A DNA stretch of 64,000 bases from the human T2T-CHM13v2.0 reference genome, Homo sapiens, in NCBI RefSeq assembly GCF_009914755.1, contig NC_060937.1; one strand, given 5' to 3'. Shown piece after piece: positions 57,955-64,000 of this stretch (position 1 is its first letter; each line of letters starts with the position of its first letter). A program made the translations under genes and the position numbers. The notes beneath the pieces are model-generated. The model was not told the DNA's origin. It did no database searches and was given only the letters and a program-made list of their open reading frames with translations.

Positions 57955-59189
57955 GGGTCTTAATTAAAGACATTGGAAGTATCATAAACAGTGTACCAAT
58001 TAAATTGTAAGACATAATAATTGGATGGATACTATGAACACAACAGAAGATAAAGAAATGGGGGCAAAAGTGCTGGTGAAAAATAGTAATATCAAGAAAT
58101 AAAGAATGTCAAAATGAGAAGATGAAGCCTAATATATTTTGAAACAAGTTCATTTTAAAACCCCTATATTTAATTCCATTCCATTAATAATGCAGCACAT
58201 CTGGGAAGAAGCATTTGGAAGAGAGCAGTACTTAAAGAGATTTACATATGATTGTGATTAAGCCCAAAAAGTAGATATGGTTCTGCAATGTGAATCTGGA
58301 AATATGGCCAGTGTGATCTGGGCTGCAGACCCTGCCATTCATTGTCATACAGAAACAGTATGAACTGTTTTTTCACTGTTGTAGAGTGACAGTTGCCCTC
58401 ATAAAGGTCTTGTTCAAAAATTAAAATGAATTAGGACAGTGTCCAAGCAAACTACACAATAGATCCTTTAAGGAACAAAGTGGATAAATAAAAAACAAAA
58501 AATATGATTGCTAATATTAATAAATAAGTTGACCTTTTAAAATTTATCAATTCAGTTTAAGGTATTGTGATAGGCATTGCAGTTATAAAGATCAATAATA
58601 GTGAAGGCAGAGTAAGTAAGTAAGTTACTTCTTGCCCACACGGAGATCATAATTTAGTGAGTAAAATAGGTATTTACACAAACCAATACAAGTGTGTGTT
58701 GGGGGACAGTTAACATTCTTTGGAGGTGCAGAGTAGGAAGGTATTCAATAATTTTAGGGAAATACCAAGAAAAGCAACAGACAGAGGCATTTGAATAGGA
58801 CATTGACAGATAAAGAGGATTTGGAAAGGTAGGTAAGAGAGCCATAGGCAGACTAAGGAAACAGAATGGGTGAAGGGTGGAGGGCAGGACATACAAAGGG
58901 TGTAGGATGAAGGAAAGGCGGAGGGCCAGCCAGACCAAAAGAAGAGGATGTCAGTAGAAAGACATCCTGTCTGAGGAAAGATGGCAGAAAGAATGTGTTC
59001 TCATGAGAAAGATCTGAACATTTCTTTCAACAAGGACATCACCATTCTCATGGACAAAAAAAGTGATTTTAACTTGGAGATGAATATGTTTAGAATGATC
59101 AGTTAGGTAGGAATAATAGTAATAGTAAATTCTATACTTTAAAGTTGTATAACTCAGGCGACAGCAGTTGATGAAGCATCTTAACATAA

Positions 59190-59460
59190 AGGCACCATAG
59201 ACTCAGTAGAGAAGGGGCACATACTTGGGGTAAGATGTGGGCAAATCCTGGCTGTGAACCTTTCTACCTACTGACCATGGGGAAGTTAATAATTAGACTT
59301 GTTGAGCTTAAGATTTGTTTTCTATAAAAATAGAGAAAATAAATTCTACTTCTTAGGTTCTGTTGAAGCTATGTTTCAATAAAATAATATTTGTGAGTAA
59401 AATAATGTTTGCTACTAACAAACCAAGTGCTTATTCAATAGCAACCATGGCCTTATTATT
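59190..59460 (+). mobile_element. MIR
   Basis: caaatcctggctgtg..ctactgaccatggggaagtta..ttttctataaaaataga. Confidence 0.55.
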
Positions 59461-60309
59461 ATCACCACAATTTTCTAACTACATTATAGTGGGGCTTAAT
59501 AAGTGTTTGCTATGAAAAGTTAAAAATCTTTACACTAAAGTATGAATTTCCTTATTCTTTTTAATTTACTCCCTTGTCCTAAGTCAAAACCCTAAGAAAA
59601 AAGCTATTATGACTGCAATAACTTCAGAAACATAATTCCACCAGCCCCTGGGAAATCTGGCAACATTTATCTCATCCACTTTGTTTATACTTAAGGCCAG
59701 CAGATGACTTAGACTCTAGGAAGAATACACATGTTATATCATGAGTTTAACATCATATAGATTATTGCGAATTAGTTTCATCTTCCAAATGCTAGGGTTC
59801 TGTCCCTTTATAAAGGAAACAGTTAATAATTGACATTCATTGACCATGTTGGTGCAAACACCATTGAATTAGATGCTAAGATACATTAAAAAAGTACCTA
59901 TCCTCTGCCACCCCCATGGTCTCACGCCTCATCACTGCACACCTGAGCTATTCAAAAGCATCCTAACACTCCCACCTTATCTCATCCCTCTTTCCCTTGA
60001 TCCATCTTGTGACATCCCTGTGGGGTAAAGCCCATGCCACCTCTTCATCTCAAAGATATCTGTTGAATTCCCATTGCCTTTAGGAAACAGTTGACCTCCT
60101 CATCCTACATTCAAGACCACATATAATCCAACCTACCCAACTTTATTGCCCTCCCTCAACTCCAATCAGGGTGGTCTCTTTATTGACCAACAAAGATTCC
60201 ATGTCTCTAGTCCAAGTCTCGTTTTTACCATAATTTTCTTCCCAACCAATAAGTTCTCCACTGTCAACTAAATCCCACCTAACCTTTAGGCCAGTTATAT
60301 CCAAAAAAC

Positions 60310-60560
60310 AACAAGAGTTTAGTGGCTCATAGCAGAGACCCTAGAGTTCACCAGACTTGAGTTTTAGATCTGACCCCATTATATGCTTCTATATTAACCT
60401 GAAAGAATTACTTAACTTATCAAAACCTCAGTTCTCCATGCTACAAGATGACTAGAATAATAATATTACCTTTTTCATAGCACTGCTTTGAGGGTTAAAC
60501 AAAATAATGTAACTATACCAATTCCTGGCATAAAATGGTAAGTAAAATTTGCCATTGTAT
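60310..60560 (+). mobile_element. MIR
   Basis: ttacttaacttatcaaaacctcagttctcc..aataataatattacc..tttgagggttaaac..cctggcata. Confidence 0.6.
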
Positions 60561-60819
60561 ATTTTTTCCTTGATTATCTCAATCCCCTTGCTAAATTTAT
60601 ATTTAATAAAAGTTAGCTATCCAGTATTACCAACACTAGATTAAAAACATGCTATTTAGGAAAAAATTACCAAAGTATGCCCTAAAATATTAACAGCTGG
60701 TGTACTTTTGGTGAAGTTGTTAATAACTTTGCTTTTTATCTATTTCTACCTACTTTCAAAATTTATGCAATTGAGATGCTTTGTTTTAATCATTGTAACA
60801 ATTTTTCTTGGAAATATGT

Positions 60820-62035
60820 TTAAATTAAAATGACAGAAAATAATGTGTTGGCATGAATGTGGAGAAATTAGAGGCCTCACACATTGCTGGTGGTGATGTA
60901 AAATAGTGCAGCCACTTGGAAAACAGTTTGGCATTTCTCAAAATGGTAAACTTAGAGAATTACCATATGATCTCTCAATTCCAATCCTAGGTATCTATTC
61001 AAGGGAGTGAAAGCATATGTCCACACAGGAATTCTATACAAATGTTTGTAGTAGTAATATTCAGTAAAGCCAAAAATCGAAACCACCCAGGCCAGTGTGG
61101 TGGCTCACCCCTGTAATCCTAACATTTTGGGAGATCCAGGAACCAGATTGCTTGAGCCCAGGAGTTTGAGACCAGTCTGGGCAGCATGGAGAAACCCTGT
61201 CTCTACAAAAATACAGAAAAATAAAATTAGCCAGGTATTGTGGTGCATGCCTGCAGTTCCAGCTACTAGGGAAGCTAAAGTGGGAAGATCATTTGAGCCT
61301 AAGAAGTTGAGGCTGCAGTGAGCTGTGACTGTGCCACTGCACTCCAGCCTGGGCAACAGAGCGAGACCTTGAGAAAAAAAAACCATTTAAATATTCATCA
61401 ACTGGTGAATAAACAAACCAAACGTAATGTATCCATACAATGAAACTATTCAGCAATGAAAATAAAGTGTTGATGCATGCTGCAACGTACATGAACTACA
61501 AAAACATGCTAATAGAAGGGAGCCAGACACAAATGAACATCTAGTGTCTGATTCCATTTATATGAAAGTTTAGAATGAGTAAATCTGTAGAGACAGAAAG
61601 CAGATTAGGGCTGCCTAGGGCTGGGGGTGGGTGGGGAGAAGGAGGGACAGGAGAATTCAGTGTGGCTGCGAATGGGCACAAAGTTTTTGGGGCAGTGTTG
61701 AAAATGTTTTAACATTAAATAGTGGTGATGGCTGCACATGTATAATGTTTCAGCCAGTTTCAGAAACAGCTTGGCAGTTTCTCAAAATGTTACCATCTGA
61801 CCTAGAATTCCTAAGTATCTAGTGAAAACATATCTACATAAAGATTTGTACACAAATGTTCATATCAGGATTGTGAATAACAATCGAAAAGTAGAAACAA
61901 CCCAAATGTCCGTCAAACTGATGAATGAATTTTTGAAAAGCGACTGTAATAAAAACGACTGAATTGCATACTTAAAATTAGTGAATTTTATGATATTCAA
62001 ATTATTCTTCAATACAGTTGTTTTTTAAAAAAAGA
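60820..62035 (+). mobile_element. Old L1 (L1MB/MC/ME-type) 3' end, split by an AluJ
   Basis: gtggagaaattagaggcctcacacattgctggtgg..gcagccacttggaaaacagtttggca; gagacagaaagcagattag; gtggtgatggctgcaca; ends gtgaattttatgatattcaaattattcttcaatacag. Confidence 0.8.
61090..61382 (+). mobile_element. AluJ
   Basis: J diagnostics ttgcttgagcccaggagtttgag and gaggctgcagtgagctgtgact. Confidence 0.9.
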
Positions 62036-62199
62036 TTTCAATTACTTTTATACACAATGGAAAACCACTTAAATTTGTAAATGAGAAAAACTGTTGAAAA
62101 CAGTTTGCCATTAGTTATTAAGAATTATTCAAATAAAACATTTAAACTATATTTAAATAAATTCACATATCATTTTGAAGCTCTATAACTTATTTTTGA

Positions 62200-62430
62200 A
62201 GTGTAATAGCAATGGTTACAATTTGGGTAATTTACTGTGTGCTGTGTGTAATTTGCACCAGCTATGTTAGCCCTAAACATGCCAACAGTACAGTGAGGTA
62301 GGTATCATTAGCACACTGTTGCAGGTGAGAAAAACAGAGCAAATAAATAAGTTGGACAAGGTCATAGATCTAGTAAGTATGTAAGCCTGGTCTTTCTGAT
62401 TTTTAAAACTCACATTCTTTCCAATCCTAT
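62200..62430 (-). mobile_element. MIR
   Basis: gtgaggtaggtatcatta..ttgcaggtgagaaaaacagag..aaggtcatagatctagtaagt. Confidence 0.65.
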
Positions 62431-62579
62431 AAGCCACCTTGCAGTGTTACCTCATTTCCTCTCTGTCTCCTCCTGCCTCCTCAGTTTGCCTAACTCATTA
62501 CCAGGCCTCAGCTTGGATCCCGCCCCAGACACATTGTAAATTGGATTAGAAGCTGGTCCCTTAGGCTCCTTACTATTTC

Positions 62580-62745
62580 TCTGCTTATCACAGAGTATTT
62601 TATTTCTGTGCTTATTTGCCTTTGTCCTCCAGAGCTCAAAGGTCAGCCTTTTTGCCACTGGAACTTAAGCACCTAACACTGTGTTCAGTGCATAGTAGGT
62701 ACTTGGCAAATTTTTGTTAAATGAATTAGTAAATGAATGAATGAA
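62580..62745 (+). mobile_element. L2 3' end
   Basis: gcacctaacactgtgttcagtgcatagtaggtacttggcaaatttttgttaaatgaat. Confidence 0.7.
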
Positions 62746-63729
62746 GAGACAAATGGTATTGATCAATTTATTATGGCAGGGAATAGAGGTGATCAGTGAC
62801 TGTATAAGTCACTCTAGTTATAATCTACCAAATATATGTTATTTATTATGTCCGAATCTTTAGCCACATGCTAGGGCTACAAAGATGAATGTGACCTAGT
62901 TTCTTTTCTTGAAACTCATAATATAGTCTTCTAAGACAGGCCTACATTTGAGTAACATAAAACAGTATTTTAAGTTCCATGTTATTCACATTAGCAATAA
63001 CAACTAGGTTCTGAGTGGCTGCAGTGAAGATAATGAATAATTATTTGTATATATTTATATTTGTATAAATATATAAAATTTTTATTTTTATGAAGAAAAT
63101 TCATGGAATATTTAATTTTGATATGTTCCTGGACTGTTTCACATGTTTTATTTTGGACCTTATCAAAAGTTTTTATATGCTTGGGGTTCTTACAAAGAAT
63201 CAAGGGCTTCCTTATGGCACCATTGTTGCTAAGGGTGCTACCAGAAACATCTCTACTCAAATTTAAACTATTTGAAGAAAAATATTTCCTTGTCTCTATA
63301 AATATTTGAAGTATCATCGAAATAACCTGAGGCAGACAAGCTTTAACACTCAAATATAATCTTCATTTCTTTCATGTCACTCTAATTTTCCTAGCTTGAG
63401 ATAAATGTGATCTGACATATTGATTATCCATTCTTGACCATGGGGGGACTTTTACTCACATATTGATCTAACTGTTTAGTTTAGGGGAGTTTGTTTACAC
63501 AGATGTCATATGAGGCTTCAGAAATGTTGTACTTCAAAAAGACACATGACGCCATTAAACTAAGCGCTACTGTACTGTGACAGCTGCATATTCACTGGGA
63601 ATAGGCCTGGTCCTCAGACTTTATCCTGGAAGGGTACCACCCTCCTGATCTGTCTGCTGTGGACATTAAGAAGTTGACAGCAACTACCACGTACCTCTGG
63701 TCGAAGTAGGTCTCCTCAGCAATACTTGT

Positions 63730-64000
63730 TGAAATATTTAACTTTATGGAATTGTATAATTACATATTCTGAAATTCCCTTGTTTTAAGTTTACAATCTA
63801 ATGATTTTTAATAAATTTACTGAGTTATGTAACCATCACCATAATCCAGTTTGGGAACTTTTTATCCCCCCAATAGGATCCTCATTCTCATTTATGGTTA
63901 ATCCCCATTTCCGTCCCAAGCCCTGGGCCACCACTAATCTACTTCCTGTCTCTAGAGATTTGATTTTTGTGGATATTTTATATAAGTGGAAACATACAAT
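63730..64000 (-). mobile_element. L1MB-type 3' end, running off the window
   Basis: atttactgagttatgtaaccatcaccataatccagttt..ccctgggccaccactaatctacttcctgtctct..tatataagtggaaacatacaat. Confidence 0.8.

Noticed and set aside
63640-63730. Possible minus-strand exon ending at ccagag|gtacgt
   Set aside because: There is a donor-like site but no polypyrimidine acceptor, and the upstream sequence runs into an L1MB.

Overview
This window is primate nuclear DNA, almost certainly human because it carries an AluYa5. It is AT-rich and repeat-dense, and is either intergenic or deep intronic. I find no intact protein-coding gene, RNA gene or CRISPR array. The main contents are: (1) a full-length, disabled processed pseudogene of mitochondrial chaperonin HSPD1/HSP60 (~19311-21882, +) interrupted by a young AluYa5 with a perfect 16-bp target-site duplication (TSD); (2) a full-length ~6.17-kb L1PA4/5-type LINE-1 (25097-31264, -) inserted into an older L1M that keeps a tandem-repeat 5' UTR; (3) a 5'-only L1PA (36093-37427, +) lying head-to-head with it; (4) a 1.8-kb MER52 solo LTR inside an MLT1F; (5) a four-layer MLT1 > L1MA > L1PA > L1PA nest; and (6) many Alu, MaLR, L2, MIR, L3 and DNA-transposon relics. 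Most ORFs in the track that resemble known proteins are repeat- or pseudogene-derived. The sequence does not support a new biological system. The most interesting items are retrotransposition and rearrangement footprints, a possible L1 3' transduction, an unexplained 64-bp dispersed duplication and a 26-bp-arm hairpin. Subfamily calls come from remembered consensus diagnostics, not from a database search.
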